Origin: Rhizophagus irregularis
Taxonomy: Eukaryota
Length of the DNA: 64,000 nt
Assembly: GCF_026210795.1 (NCBI RefSeq)
Contig: NC_089433.1
Span: forward strand, 1,240,001 to 1,304,000
Reading direction: 5' to 3'
A model generated the notes under the pieces. It was not told where the DNA came from. It worked only from the letters and a program-made list of their open reading frames with translations, and searched no databases. Of the stretch, positions 44,299 through 56,667 are shown piece after piece (the first letter of the stretch is position 1; each line of letters begins with the position of its first letter). The position numbers and the translations under genes are program-made.

Positions 44299-47200
44299 TT
44301 AAATACTTCAGCAATTCCAGAGGCATCAACAGTGTTTCCTTGGTTTGATAATGTCGAATTTCGTGTAATTCACTTTCAGTAAAAACACTTTCTATCAGGT
44401 AATTATTGTCATCAGGATCTAGTATAAACGAATGAGCAAGACTTTTTGACATAGGGATAAAGTATGAGCGAAACTAATACATTCTGTAAGCTTATTGTAA
44501 GTATAAACTTACTGTTCATACTTGCAACGCAGGCTGAAATTGTAAAGAACGTCCTCCACAACAGTTCCAGTTGTGAGTACCCACTTATTTGAATTATTCA
44601 TTTCAGTGTAGGATTTTTTATATTTTTCGTAATCATATGTAGACATTATTCGAGAATTGTCATCATCATCACACTCCAGTGTGCTTTCTGATCTTGTCTA
44701 CAAGATGATATCAATTACCAGTTGTATTATTTCTAACGCTTCAAAGTGCCAAATACTTACTGAAAAATCCAAGTTTTTATTATCTCTATTGTCTCTACCA
44801 TCCTTAGAGCATCTTTCAGTTTGTTTTCCTTCCGAAGATATTTTCGCAACTGAGGAACCTTTTGTTTTATTAACAGTATTATGATCTAATGAATTAGATT
44901 TTTCTTGTGTTCAACCTGTTCCGTATGGTTTATTACTTGTTTTAGCCTGTTCATATAACAAGTAGAAGAAAAATTTTTAGAAAAATTCACTCCAGAATCA
45001 TAAGGTTACATTTTATATATACCTTCTGAGTCAGCCGATTCTTTATTCTATAAATATCAAAGTAGTTATCAAAGAAAATACACGCATAAATTTCAAGGCA
45101 ATATTTATATCAAAAAATTTTATCGTCATATTCTAACCTTCGATAATGATAAATTTTTCCGCTTTGGTTGACAGACAGGCATGAAATCATCATCAGACTA
45201 AATACAAAAAAAAAGAAATAAAATTCTTAATTCTCCTCCCCAAAGGGAAGTCATAAATCGGTTTATTGTAACTAAGCTTGAAGTCAGTGATTGTGTAATT
45301 AACTGGTTTCACCTTTTCTTCGACTTCTGAGACACTCCGTTTTTCAAACCTTTTCGTAATAGTTTTTCGTAGCAAATGACCTTGTTCTCGTGTATCCTTT
45401 GTCGCGTCCAGAACATGTTGAGACTAAAATGGACTTTTCAGTTTGTAGATCAAAGTATAGTAAAGGCTTCAAGAATTATCATACAAACCTCTTCGAGATA
45501 AATCTCGTTCTCTAGTTTATACTTTGCTAGATCCATCCAGTATTGTTCTACCGGAAATGAATTAACTTGTTCCTATTTTAAGAAAGTAATAAAATATTTA
45601 TCTCTAAATCGTTTGTGGAATGTCTGCATCAAAGGATAAAAAGCCTGCACCAAAGGGACACACACAACACGGAGGTCTTAACTCCACAACACAGAGGTTA
45701 GGAGGTAGCATGAGATCCACACCAGCACTGAGGCAATTCCCCCACTGATACAGAGGTCGAACAGATAGCTCCCTCGGCGACACAGAGGTCGAAAGAGGAT
45801 GGGATAGGATGATGATACACGATAAAAAAAACTAACAAAGAAAAGGTATGAAACTTTACCTCAAAAACGTTAAGACAAGCTTGTGCAAGCATCTTTCTTT
45901 CCAGCTTGGTGGTATCGTCTTTAGCAATAGAAATAAGTGTTCCCTTGTACACACTATGTGCTTTGGTTCTTTCTGTTGGGCGCTTGTGCTCCAGAAAGCC
46001 AAGTAGCGAACAGGAAGTTAAGTCATCGAAGTATGTGTCAAATTTAGGCATGATTCGTGTTAAAGTTATTAAAAATCTAAAAAGTGATTCGGGCTACACG
46101 TCATAGTCGTCATAGGCACGTTGATACGGTTTTTCACGTGATTCAATTCACGGAACTCTATCCTATGTACCGATAAATTTTCCTCACAATTACAAAGCAT
46201 TTCAGAAAAAATTTTCGATGTACCGTAAATGCCCGAGATGGAAGAAATTTTATTGAACTTCGGATACATAATTAATCAGAGAAGCGAATGAAATGTATGA
46301 TGCTATCAAAGAGGGAGGGAGTACGCGGATCCTAGGCCATTTAATGCGAGTCCCAGCATCAATTTATTTCTTTGCTCGAAAAATATCTATAGCTAATAAA
46401 ATTATTTCTCTATCTATACGCCTATCTACTTTGCTAACTACGAGATTCTCACCTCATACTCTTTTACTACATTAGATTTCCGAAATAAATTATCACACCC
46501 ATAACTACGTCTATATATATCACTAATTTCACATAAACTATGTAAAAGATTAAGTTCCGTAAGAGAACTTTTCAATGATATATTAATTTCGAACCTATAG
46601 AATCAGAGAATAGAAATAAGTATATGTCTATATAGGTGAGAAAATCGATTAATATCGTGATGACGTTCTTCCGGAATCTAGCCAATCAATAATCAAACCC
46701 ACCTTATTATTACTTTACGGAATATACTCGTTTGATTGATTGTAGATATTAATGATGAATATAACGGTAAGTTTGATTGGTTTCGTTTGTTATTTTTTGT
46801 TTTACTTGCATAAGGCGGATAAAAGAGTTCACAAACTGAGACTTCACCTTTTTATATAATTTCCAGGATCGATTTTGGAATACGCTTTTGGGGAAATTAC
46901 GTTAATATGATCGCATTACGAAAATCTGATCAACCGCCTCTCCTTACGCTGTCCGTATGTAAAGATCATCAAGGGGCCCTTTTAATAATAATATACGTAA
47001 TAATTTTGAGAATATGCGAGAAAGTTTGAGAATAAAAGTCCCTGGATCTTCGCTTGCAATCTTATTGCCCAATAATTTAGGACATGCGAGTAATAAAAAA
47101 TTAGTACTGTATGTACATTGAATCGCCACGAGAAAAATATTTGACTACATTGCTCGGGTTACTTAGTGGCCTAAATGTCTTTTATTTCTTTTATTTGCAA

Positions 47201-47589
47201 TACATTAAGCTAAAAAAATTACATGATGCGGGACTAGCCCTGAATATATGATGCCATTCTATGACTTTAGACTATTTATTATACACGATTATTTTTTCGA
47301 ACGATATTCATCTATTCTAGTTTTTTTTCTAAAGTTTGCCAATACATGCTGTGTCATATGATAATCGTGAAGACTCTTCACACTTCCAACCAATAGAAGC
47401 AGGATCTACTGGCTAATAATTCAATGACGTCTTACTGCGCATAACATATACTGCGGAGAAGTAGAGATGACGTACTTACTGCGCATGATATATTCAGAAG
47501 TACGATATCTAAGCACCCACGTGATTCGGAAAAAAGAAACGTAGTAATAAATTTATAGGACAATCGAGTACCAAATATGCGAAATTCTC

Positions 47590-49157
47590 CTAGGCGGTTA
47601 CCGGAGAGATAATAGGACTCATCATTGGGGAGGTTTTTCTTTCATATCTTCCGTCACGATAATAATAACCTCTATCACATTCACCATATTCATTATATCC
47701 ACCGTATCTATCGTATTCATCATCATCCGATTCGTCTGGCATCTCTTCTTCAGAATCGTTGTCACTCGTTTCTTTCACTGGATGGGGTGTGGAATCATGA
47801 TCGACTTCCTCATTAAAATACACATCATCGTTTGACTGGACCCTGGGGGACTCGTTCACCTCTTCTTTCTCTACCCTAGCTTCGTTCTCATATGGTGTAC
47901 CCCAATAAGCAGTCTCATCGTCAAAATCCCCCGTGAGCGTTTTTACATAATCCTCCAAATCGGCTGATAATGATGAATTTTCTTCAGGCAAGATTTTTTC
48001 GCTAGTCTCAAGATTTCCGGCTGAAATTTCAGGAGTTGGAAAATCGTCCTGCTCTGCAGAATTATCCCGTGGTCCCTTTGGGACCCTCTCTATGATCTCT
48101 TGAATTTGATCGTTAGTCAACTCTGAAATGGAATTGGGACTATATTCACTAAGATACTTAATTTTATCTATACCTATTTTCTCGATTATTCTAACAAGCT
48201 TCATAGACCTTTGAGTCCTTCTAGTTAGAGAACTACGGGAGATTTTTGGAAGCTGTATAACACTATACCCATTTCTTTTGATCTCTTCTCACGAATAGTG
48301 GCAGTTTGCTTTAGCAAACCATCATAAATTATACCTTTTGCTTTTTTCTCTCCGATTTTGCCATTGCTATTTTCCACGAGTTCACTAAAGTGAACCATGA
48401 ATTCTTTCCCAAAGTTAACCCAGCATAAGATTTCTTCCTCGTTGGCTTTTTTAGTGCGATATTCGGCATCTGATGCTTTATCAAATAGCTTCGCTAAATC
48501 GAGCAGAGATGAAGAGCATTTTGGGCGACGGGCCGTCGCTGAAATTTCAGTCATATGCAATGCTTTTGAATTGGAGGAATTCGACTCTTGATGCTTTATA
48601 TTATCCTGAATGGATGGCTCTGCCATCATACCATCAGTTATCACCTGAACAATTTTCTCAGTGCCCTTTTTCTTATGACTATTTTGGCCTGATTGCTTCG
48701 CAACCTCTTGTCCCGAAGATGCCATGCTTTCAGTATGAAGCTTCTTTTCCTTATTGCGTTGCTTTATTTCACTACTAACGATTTTCTTATGAGCCTCAAG
48801 CAAGAAATTATCCATCTCTTTCTCCTCTAACGGTTTTTCATGATGGACCGCACCCGAATTGAAGTTAGATAAGATGTTATTAGGAGTATTATCATTTTGC
48901 AACTGTTTTTCTTCCAATTTCTCAATTCTAGCATCACGTCGGTTATTCTCTTCTATCATCTGCTTCATAAGCTCCGCATTTCTGGCCTCAATCTCGACAT
49001 TCCTGGCTTCAACCTCAGCAAGCTTCTTTCTAAGTTCAGGAATCTCGGCAAGTTTCTTTCTAAGTTCAAGAATCTCAGCATTTTCAGTCTCAAGTTCGAC
49101 ATTCCTAGCCTCAAGCTCAGTAATGCGTTGCTTTAATAAATCTATTTCGGATTGCAT
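47590..49157 (-). pseudogene. Coiled-coil protein with acidic C-terminus, split by a frameshift near 48260
   Basis: ORFs 48225-49157 and 47590-48204 join (EMGIQLPKISRSSLTRRTQRSMKL) if 8 bp are removed. Confidence 0.65.
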
Positions 49158-49345
49158 GTCCTATAATATTTTTATGTTCTGTATGTTAGTATTCAAAATC
49201 AGAAAAAAAATGTAGGTTATTTCGGCTGATCATATCCTAGGGATACGGTTTTGCCAAGATAATTTTTTATTAATACATGCAAAAAATAAATACATAGGAT
49301 CGGGACGTAGCCCGTGATACATGACGTCTAGGCTAATATACAAAA

Positions 49346-50431
49346 TTATTTTTTCATTCGATAACCCTCTGTCCTGACCCTCTTTCTATCCGGTTCATCC
49401 TCCACACACGCCCTATCCTTTATTATCCCTACCACCACACTTAAAATCTTTTTCACACCATTACACAGCGTTTGATATTCCGGGGACTTCTTATCCAAAG
49501 CATCTTCGGAAAATTCGATGCTTAGCGGTAGCTTGCTCCCTTGCGAAATTTTTCCAGGTGTATAGAGCAGGAAGTGCCAGTCTCGAGCGGTTGTCACAAT
49601 ACCATAGAGATAATCTACGAATTCTCCAACTGCACGATATTCTGAGCGAAGCCTTCGATTACATTACGCTGTGGTTTATCCTCCGTGATGCAAATAAGGT
49701 TCTCGGCATCCTAACCGGAGGAAGAATTAGTATGGCGTTAGTATGGTCCACGGGACGGTATAAAAGTGCGGTCATACTTCTCTCACCTTGATTGCGTAAT
49801 CAACCCGTCCCGTACTTTCATCACCTATTACTTCGTATTCAGGCCTCATGCTGAGTTCTTTTCCGGTGGCATCCCTGGTTATATTTATTGCGGAATGGAG
49901 GATGGCCACGACGTACTCATTGCGCATGGCTTCCAAACTACCCACAACCAAAGTCCCGTAGTTTTTTAGCCTGACTAATATTTCTGCCATACATTGCTTG
50001 AAGTGCTCGTTGGAGTCTTGAATTTCGTGGGTTTGTAGTGAAAAAAGTGGGATAGTGTCCGTACCGTTACCATCGATACCATATTTCTTCAACACCTCCT
50101 TCAAACTGCGGTATGTTGAAAAGGCCCTCAACTTCTTATCCTTACATTCCTTGGCAAAGTCCATGAGAGCCGTTGCAGGTCCCAAACCTAAGCCAGCACT
50201 TCGAAGCTCATCCTTGGCTATCTTGAAAAAGGTACGGCCGTTTACCCTTTGTTTGCGAATTATTTCCAAGTCATCGTCGTCAAGACCCAAGTCCTCCTCC
50301 TTACGCAAAAAATCTATAAGCTCAGCCGTCTTATATTTCTTAATTTCGTCCGCTAGCGTGACCGCTTCATTTCCAGTAGTAGTGGTAGAGGTGGAAGCTG
50401 GAGTATAAGGTGTACTGGTTTCAGAAGACGT
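49346..50431 (-). pseudogene. SAM-like + PD-(D/E)xK nuclease-like (Crinkler-related) gene, one intron, disrupted
   Basis: ELIDFL...LEIIRKQRVNGRTF..ELRSAGLGLGPA; EYEVIGDESTGRVDYAIK|DAENLICITEDK...GFAQ; YGIVTTARDWHF. Stop/frameshift near 49615. Likely start codon reads ACG. Confidence 0.7.
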
Positions 50432-50832
50432 TTTTATAGTGATATTAGGCTCGGGTAAAAAATAGTGTTACGTTCGGAGGAAAAATAGAGTTTTATTTCT
50501 GGTGGGAACGCAAGCGTTAATATAGGCTTTTATGTCGCACAGACATTGCATCATTACACGTGACCCGTTCTCATATACGTTCGTTAAAATAATACTTTAT
50601 TTATGAAATAAATCGTTGCCGGAACCCGCCCTATAATACATAAAAATCGGCCGTTGAGGCGCTACATGATCTGAATAAAAAATACTATTTTTTGGTTGTG
50701 AGATGTTCCGTTAAATCTGTTCTTTTTCGAGAATCTGTTACCAAAGGTAATGGTAGTCAGAACAACGCTCATTAGATGGTCCCTTTAGGACCGATTCAGC
50801 TATAATGTTATGCAAAACGCCTTTTGGCTAAA

Positions 50833-51078
50833 TTACTCACACAGCTCCTTAATATAGTCCTCAAGTTCCAATGCTTGTCTCAATGACATTCCGTATTCCT
50901 TAAAATCCCATCCGCTTAGCTTGAGAAATGAATCACCGGTAATTTTTTTCTCCTCAAGCTTCGTAAAAAGGTCACCAACTTCTATGTGTTTTAATTTGGA
51001 ATCTTCCCGCAAAAATTTGATAAGACTTTCCATTCCATATTCTTTTAATATGTCAGCTTTAGTGGGGATAGAAGACAT
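50833..51078 (-). CDS. Stand-alone SAM-like small protein
   Basis: LIKFL...KLEEKKITGDSFLKLS..DFKEYGMS; similar to the N-terminus of the adjacent gene. Confidence 0.6.
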   Translation of the reverse strand: MSSIPTKADILKEYGMESLIKFLREDSKLKHIEVGDLFTKLEEKKITGDSFLKLSGWDFKEYGMSLRQALELEDYIKELCE

Positions 51079-51670
51079 CTTGCTTCTTGTTATCTATCGG
51101 TAATAAGCCTTATAGTGAGAAATTTTCGTTCCCATACATAATTTATGGTATATACATACCTTATTTTTTTTTGCGGAAAGTTGGCTAAACTTCCTACATG
51201 CTTTATATCTTGCTGGGAAAAAAGATAAGGAGGTATATGGCGTAATTAGTATTGTCGTCTGATGCCAAGAGCTTCATGAAAGCACATGCAAATAAAACTT
51301 TCGTACCTTTTCACATGGAGATCTACCGGAGAGACACATAGTTGGTCTTACGCCTGACGATCTCGAAATTGTGACTCCCTCAGCCTTTCATAACATATGC
51401 TTTTGTCGTCAATATTTACTTTTAGAGCTGGTCCTGTGTTGCAACTAGACCCCCTTTCACATTTTCTCACATTCGTTTGGGAAAAAAAATAAAGAATAAA
51501 GGTTAATGTTTTTCGAATATATATGCAAAAATTATTATGTCGCACAAGACCTGACTGATGATCGGCCTATTTTTGTCGCACAATCTGTGGCCCAGCAAAA
51601 ATCTTCCGAGCTGATGATCATGAGAATCGCCTCACGGTCCGCTCCGGACTAGCTAGATTGGTAAAGTACG

Positions 51671-52890
51671 TTACCATTCTGATTGATTGGCTAGTATTCT
51701 ATCACCAGCTCTCGACATTAAGGTGGAAATATTACCTCGAGTCGGTGAATGTCTGTTCATAGCTATAATGTGGTGATCGTCACCAGAGTCAACCGTCATG
51801 AAACTAAGATGCTGGTATAACTGAGGTAGAACTGAATTCAGATTATTACCAACACTATGCCGAATGTTATATATCCATCCTATCTCTTGATCTAATTCAG
51901 CTCGCATATCCATAGAATTCATGAAATCCTCAACATGGATATTTGGATTAAGTAAAACGAGCTGATCTATGGCTTCTTTAGTAATATTAGCACACCCCTC
52001 CAGATTGAGATATTTAAATAAAGACATGAACGAGAAATTTCTTTGATAGTTACATCAGTAATTCCACAAAAACTAAGGTTGAGATGTTGGAGATTTGGAC
52101 AGGAATGAATGGCATTGCAAATTGAAGTCTCGGCGACGTAAACACACCTACCAAAATCAAGATACTCTACACTAAGATGTTTCTCTACATTTTAAAAGGT
52201 GTTTCTCTACAGTAAGAAGTTTTTCTACTAATATATCACATCTATTTTTTCTTCGACAGCTACCCGGAATACTGAATCTTCGTAAATTTGGGCATGAGTT
52301 TAAGATGTGACTTATAAATCTTTCAGAAACGCACAAGCAAAATGAAACTCTTGTAAAGCTTGGCCACTGTCCGCAATTTTGATTAAAGATCTATCAGTAA
52401 TGCCTTGGCAGAAAGAAATATTTAGATATTCTATTTTACGACATGATCCCACCATTCCACATAAAGCTTTATCACCCATAATACCACTACTACATAAATT
52501 AAGATATCTCAGATTGGGGTATGCTTTAAGCTGATTTAATACTCTATTACTAAAACCCACACAATTTTCGAAATTCAAATGAATTATGTTTGGGCATATT
52601 CTTACAATGCCTTCAATTTTCTTACTTGAAAGTGGATTATAGTATGAAATTTCAAGATGGGTTAGTTTTGAGCTATAAATTGGCTTTTGCTTCCCACATA
52701 CTAATTCTATGAATTTCTTTGCTTTGGGATCGTTCCCCTTTAGCTCAATGCGTCTCCATAGAATAGGGGCACCGCATCTGTACCACAATCGGGAAACATA
52801 TAGAGCGGAATAGAGAGATTTATCTATCAATAAGAAATATAAAATTCGTTCTAGTAACTCCTGTATATTAAAAATACTTGTATGTGCCAT
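51671..52890 (-). pseudogene. F-box/leucine-rich repeat (RNI-like) gene, disrupted
   Basis: IQELLERILYFL..LYVSRLW (F-box-like). CPNIIHLNF, YPNLRYLNL, IEYLNISFCQGITD, CPNLQHLNL repeats. Frameshifts and a short repeat insertion at about 52165-52235. Confidence 0.8.
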
Positions 52891-52941
52891 AAATAATATA
52901 TGCTGTATCTTTAATCGAAAAAATAAATTTTCTGGGTTGGA

Positions 52942-53148
52942 TCAGACTCCCAAATATTCACTCAGCTTAAAGTAATCGAACACGCCTACAATTCTATCCT
53001 GTCTTATGTTCTTGACAGTGATTAAGCCAGTGGTCCTATCATATGCGTGTTCATATTTGACCGGATTGCATAATGGCAAATACTGCGTGGAGTTAGTAGT
53101 GAACTTACCCATTGTCTTGCACTGGTTATTCCTTAATTTTTTAACCAT
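52942..53148 (-). CDS. Small hypothetical protein
   Basis: 68 aa ATG ORF tightly packed between co-oriented genes. Confidence 0.4.
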   Translation of the reverse strand: MVKKLRNNQCKTMGKFTTNSTQYLPLCNPVKYEHAYDRTTGLITVKNIRQDRIVGVFDYFKLSEYLGV

Positions 53149-53169
53149 ATCTTTTAGTATATCTGATTC

Positions 53170-53770
53170 AATTATCTAGCAAATTATTTCAGGTTAAAAG
53201 CAATACCTCGAGGTGATGATTAGTATTCCAGACTCAAAATTTTCTGCATTAAATATATTTTGATTTCATCTCAGCCCATTTTAAACCACCAACTGTTTAA
53301 CCTTTTTTGGTCGTACCTTTCTTCATTGCTTATGAGGGATCGCCTCATTTTCTCTTATCACAATTGTCTTAACCGAATCAGATTCTTTGGAAGACTCAGA
53401 CAAATAGGAGGAACCCTTATACAGAACATCTCTCGACCCTTTTTTATCAATTATTGAAGGAATTATTTCTTGTATTATGTCGAGCACAGTTTCCCTTATC
53501 TACACATTCGTTCAGGTCTTCTAATTCAGTTTCTAAGGACTTTACATCTCTCTCTAATCTTTTTACCCTCTTTTCTAAAGTGTTATGTTGAGAATGATAA
53601 TCTTCCAATTGTTTCTTTAGTGCCCTATTTTCACCGGAAAGTGCATTATATACTTCTGCATTTTGCTTATTTAGTCCTAATGACTGGGCTAATTTCTTCG
53701 TGTATCTGATAACTTCCTGCTTGCTAGCTATACTATCGGATGAATGCTTTTGATCAGTTACCATTTTCAT
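53170..53770 (-). pseudogene. Coiled-coil hypothetical gene, frameshifted near 53490
   Basis: 107 aa ORF with heptads (LEKRVKRLERDVKSLETELEDL). Coding-like continuation in another frame. Confidence 0.5.
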
Positions 53771-53789
53771 GATATTTTATATATGCTAG

Positions 53790-56550
53790 CACTAGTCGAA
53801 ATAAGGCAAATCGGCTAAAAATCGGATATCCGATTTTAGGTCGAATTACGGCTGAAATATGTCCGATTTTTACAAAAAAAATATATTCCGATTGTTATCT
53901 GATTGACTGCCAATCAGATGTACTTCAGAACTTAAATCAGACATAAATCAGAACTAAATCATACTAAATTCGGACAGTCAATCAGATATACTTTAGAACT
54001 TAAATCGGACAAAAATCGGACTATTTTTTTCTGAATTTATTTCAATTTTTATTATCAAATTTATTAAATGTATTTATTAATTTTAAATGCTTAAAAACTT
54101 TATAATTATATTATTATTATTAGCATCTATCTAAATTACAAATAAATATTGCCAATTCAAAATTATAATAAAATAATAATAATAAAATAAACCATGATTC
54201 ATATTTACGAATCTTAGTTTTGGTTCATTTATTAGTCGGAAATCCACCCAAACCTATAAAAAAAAGAAAAGAACGGTTATTAGTAACCGTTCATTAATAT
54301 TAATAAAAAAAATTTAACCAAGATTCGTATATACCTACAAATATTGATCTTTTTCCATTCTCCGGAACTTGGAAGCCTACCCGAACCTATAAAATAAAAG
54401 AAAGGAACGGTTAGTACCCGTTCCAAAATAATAAAAAATAAAAATAAAAAATAAACCAAGATTCGTACTTACTTACGAATCTTGGTTCCTTTTCTTCCGA
54501 TCTTCGGAAGTCAACCCAAAACCTAAAAAATAAAAGAAAGGAACGGTTAGTAAACCGTTCCAAATAATAAAAAAACAACAAAAACAAAACCAAGATTTGT
54601 ATATACTTACGAATCTTGGTTCTTTTCCGTATTTTGGAATTTGAAAATCCACCCGATCCTAAAAAAAGAAAAGAACGGTTATTAGTAACCGTTCATTAAT
54701 AATATTAAAAAAAAAAGAAAAAAAAATCAAGATTCGTAATTAGTAGTTACTTACGAATCTTGATTTTCTATTCTTCGGAATTCAGAAATCCACCTGATCC
54801 TAAAAAAAGAAAAGAACGGTTATTAATAACCGTTCGTAATAATAATAATAATAAAAAATTAAACCAAGATTCATACTTACTTACGAATCTTAGTTCCACT
54901 TTTTCCAAAGATCGGAAACCCACCCGAACCTAAAAAAAGAAAAGAACAGTTATTAGTAACCGTTCATTAATAAAATTAAACAAAACAAAAAATTAAAACC
55001 AAGATTCGTATATACTTACGAATCTTGGTTCTTTTCCATTCTTTGGAACTCGCGAACCTAAAAAAAAAAAAGAACGGTTATTAGTAACCGTTCATTAATA
55101 AAATTAAACAAAACAAAAAAATTAAAACCAAGATTCGTATATACTTATGAATCTTGGTTCTTTTCCGTTCTTCGGAATTCGCGAACCTAAAAAAAGAAAG
55201 AACGGTTATTAGTAACCGTTTATTAATAAAATTAAAAAAAAAACAAAATTAAAACCATGATTCGTATATATTTACGAATCTTGGTTTTTTTTTCGTTCTT
55301 CGGAACTCGAAAGCCCCTCCTGAGACACCGAACCTATAAAAAATAAAAGAAAAAGAACGGTTAGTAATAACCGTTCCAAATATTAAAAAAAGAAAAAAAA
55401 AACTAAGATTCATAGTACAGAATCTTAGTTTTTTTCCGTTTTTCGGAAACTCACTCAAACGGCTGAACCTATAAGAAAAAGAAAGGAACAGTTAGTAACC
55501 GTTCATATAATAGGAAAAAAAATAAAATAAAAAATAAACCAAGTTTCGTACTCATACTTACAAAACTTTAGTTAGTTCTTTCTGTTCTTCGGAACTCAGA
55601 AGCCAACCCGATCCTAAAATAATAAAGAAAAAAATGGTTATTAGTAACCGTTCGTTAATATTACAAAAAAAAACAAAAAAAATTAAACCAAGATTCGTTT
55701 ACTTACGAATCTTGGTTCTTTTCCATTCTTCGGAACCAGGAAGCCCGCCCAAAACCTATAAAAAAGAAAGGAACAGTTAGTAACCGTTCCGAAATATTAA
55801 AAAAAATAAAAACCAAGATTCTTAAGAATCTTGGTTCTAAATTCCCTTCCCCTTTCCCCTTTTCCCATTTTTTACCTTAAAGTCTGGTTTCATGTTGAAG
55901 CCGGCGTCCTCCTATGCGTCCTACAAAAAAAATAATGAAAAGAAACGTTAGTTCGTTTCTTAAATTAACAAAACTTCACTTTCCCATTTTTCACCTTAAA
56001 GTTCAGTTTCGTGTTAAAGCTGGCGTCCTACAAAAAAAAAACAATGAAAAGAAATTCGTTTCTTAAATTAAAAAAAAAAAAATTAAAAAAAAAATATGTA
56101 AGTTTCAAAATGAAACTTACATTACTTCCAAGAAAAAGAGGCGGAAGAAAGGTGTGAGAAAAGGGGGAGAGCGAAAGGGAAGCAAGGGAAGGACGAAAGG
56201 AAAAGGAAAGGACAATAGGGGAAGGAAGGGGAAGGACGAAAGGACAGGGGAAAGTAGGGACGAAGTGAAGTGAAAGGAAGGGATGAAAGGGGAAAGTTTA
56301 AAAAAGATCCTTTTTTAAACTTTGATACGCGTAATGCGTGACGTTTAATTAAACTATTCAACCAATGTCTAATCGTAGATCATGGTCGAATTTTTAATTG
56401 AATATAGGCTGGCCTTTTTTGACTAGTGAAATCGGAAATCGGCTATGCCGAATGTCACCTGATATACAGACGATCGTCAATTATTAGCCGAAATTTAGCC
56501 AAAATAAGGACGATTTGCCTTATTTCCGATTTGCCTTATTTCGACTAGTG
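53790..56550. mobile_element. CACTA-ended non-autonomous element (2.76 kb)
   Basis: Perfect 25-bp TIR CACTAGTCGAAATAAGGCAAATCGG. Subterminal AATCGG/AATCAG repeats. TSD not clean (CTAG vs ATAG). Confidence 0.88.
54190..55840 (-). repeat. Array of 12 units of about 128-147 bp, each with two palindromes and minus-strand splice signals
   Basis: Recurring AACCAAGATTCGTA..TACGAATCTTGGTT and GAACGGTTA..TAACCGTTC with variable intervening sequence. Confidence 0.92.
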
Positions 56551-56667
56551 ATAGATCTTAGGCTAAATAAAAATAAAATTTAATAAATATCGTCTAACTC
56601 ATCTATGTGATTAGTTTTCATTGAAGAGCTTGAATGCCGTTGCCTGATCATAAGGATGTCCTCTTTT

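Larger units (their letters stand above)
41945..46051 (-). pseudogene. Multi-exon gene with PD-(D/E)xK-like C-terminal domain, disrupted by two MITEs, stops and frameshifts
   Basis: WVLTTGTVVEDVLY, LAHSFILDPDD, DWIRNTVYNL, RGESCSLSSSTRK, SDMIIRK..EY...EAG, LKMPKMMKDMF, PAGYICRV. Ends in a Cys-motif piece (CPDAQC..FCSDCG) that may or may not belong to it. Confidence 0.65.

Noticed and set aside
54190..55840. CRISPR array interpretation of the palindromic repeat array
   Set aside because: Eukaryotic context, no cas genes, the spacers are homologous to each other and the repeats are degenerate.
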